DNA of 64,000 bases, from assembly GCA_002269645.1 (NCBI GenBank), contig NIVC01000173.1:744001-808000 (forward strand). The letters are read 5' to 3'. Under the pieces are notes generated by a model, which worked only from the letters and a program-made list of their open reading frames with translations, was not told where the DNA came from and ran no database searches. Source of the stretch: Macrostomum lignano. Taxonomy: Eukaryota. Both the position numbers and the translations under genes were made by a program. Shown here piece after piece: positions 63,111-64,000 of the stretch. Within the stretch, counting starts at the first letter, position 1. Every line of letters starts with the position of its first letter.

Positions 63111-63371
63111 CTGTGCGCGTTACTTGACCAGCACAGGACAGACCATGCGGCTTTCGAATGCTTTTTGAGCTTCATTCGGCCTCGGGCGCTATTTGTGAGA
63201 AAAAGCCAGACATAAGAATGGCAGACCGTGTTGCTTTTTTGAGCAAACTCTGCGAGTTAGAACTGTAGCGAAGAAATTAATACACCAGAAGACTCAGTCG
63301 CAATGCAACAGTCAATTATGGACTCTTCTGAAGGCAGAAACAAATATTTAGCCGTGATTAACACCTGCAAC
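63111..63371 (+). other. Putative exon of a gene continuing beyond the window
   Basis: Strong acceptor CCTTTTTTCTCTCTCACAG (ends 63110) and donor AAC|GTAAGG (63372). The last frame reads MQQSIMDSSEGRNKYLAVINTCN. A minisatellite follows, as in other introns of this window. Confidence 0.35.
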
Positions 63372-63469
63372 GTAAGGATGTTTGATTGTCTGTTTTCACT
63401 TATAGTGATTAAAGCATCATGAATTGTGACTGCACATTATTGGCAAAACTTCAGTGTACATGTAACTAT

Positions 63470-63925
63470 GTGACCAGACTGAGAGAGACGATGTGACCAG
63501 ACTGAGAGACAGTGTGACCAGACTGAGAGAGACAGTGTGACCAAACTGGGAGAGACAGTGTGACCAGACTGAGAGAAAATGTGACCAGATCGCTGACACG
63601 GTGTGACTAGACTGAGAGAGACAGTGTGACCAGACTGAGAGAGACAGTGTGACCAGACTGAGAGAGACAGTGTGACCAGACTGAGAGAGAAAGTGTGACT
63701 AGACTGAGAGAGACAGTGTGACCAGACTGAGAGAGACAGTGTGACCAGACTGAGAGAGAGACAGTGTGACCAAACTGAGAGAGACAGTGTGACCAGACTG
63801 AGAGACAGTGTGACCAGACTGAGAGACAGTGTGACCAGACTGAGAGACAGTGTGACCAGACTGAGAGAAAATGTGACCAGATCGCTGACACGGTGTGACC
63901 AGACTGAGAGACAGTGTGACCAGAG
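63470..63925. repeat. 21-25-bp minisatellite GTGTGACCAGACTGAGA(GA)nCA
   Basis: Seen directly in the sequence. Confidence 0.93.
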
Positions 63926-64000
63926 AAGGTGTAACCAGGCGTAAACAGTGGTTACAGCAGAAATTACAAAGAATTAATATTTTTATCGGAATTACAAATT

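Overview
Eukaryotic, intron-containing genomic DNA from an invertebrate. The GC-rich, intron-poor genes, (GTCT)n/(GATA)n arrays and a spliced-leader-like motif suggest a Macrostomum-like flatworm, which is an inference. Four genes are well supported: (1) the 3' part of an axonemal dynein heavy chain, DNAH10-type (1-22002, +, 10 exons visible), with six single-base frameshifts in the first 5.4 kb that are probably read errors; (2) an intronless Dop1R2/INDR-type aminergic GPCR (23660-25276, +); (3) an unusually divergent RPL23/uL14 (32782-33847, -, 2 exons); (4) USP7 (53687-58623, +, 3 exons). Introns and intergenic DNA hold more than 15 different tandem arrays. The 34-53 kb interval is a nest of mobile elements. 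It includes a 4.4-kb CACTA/EnSpm-like element with a 3-bp TSD and a cargo ORF, an hAT-type MITE, a 1.55-kb TIR element with an 8-bp TSD carrying tRNA-Leu PBS relics, and a long-IR element around a decayed spliced gene. It also holds a decayed multi-exon gene and shows strong CpG loss with TpA gain. The most notable observation is a spliced-leader-like sequence at 61242-61310. It lacks the splice donor, has a candidate Sm site or (AAC)n tail, and is fused head-to-head with a tRNA-CORE SINE.
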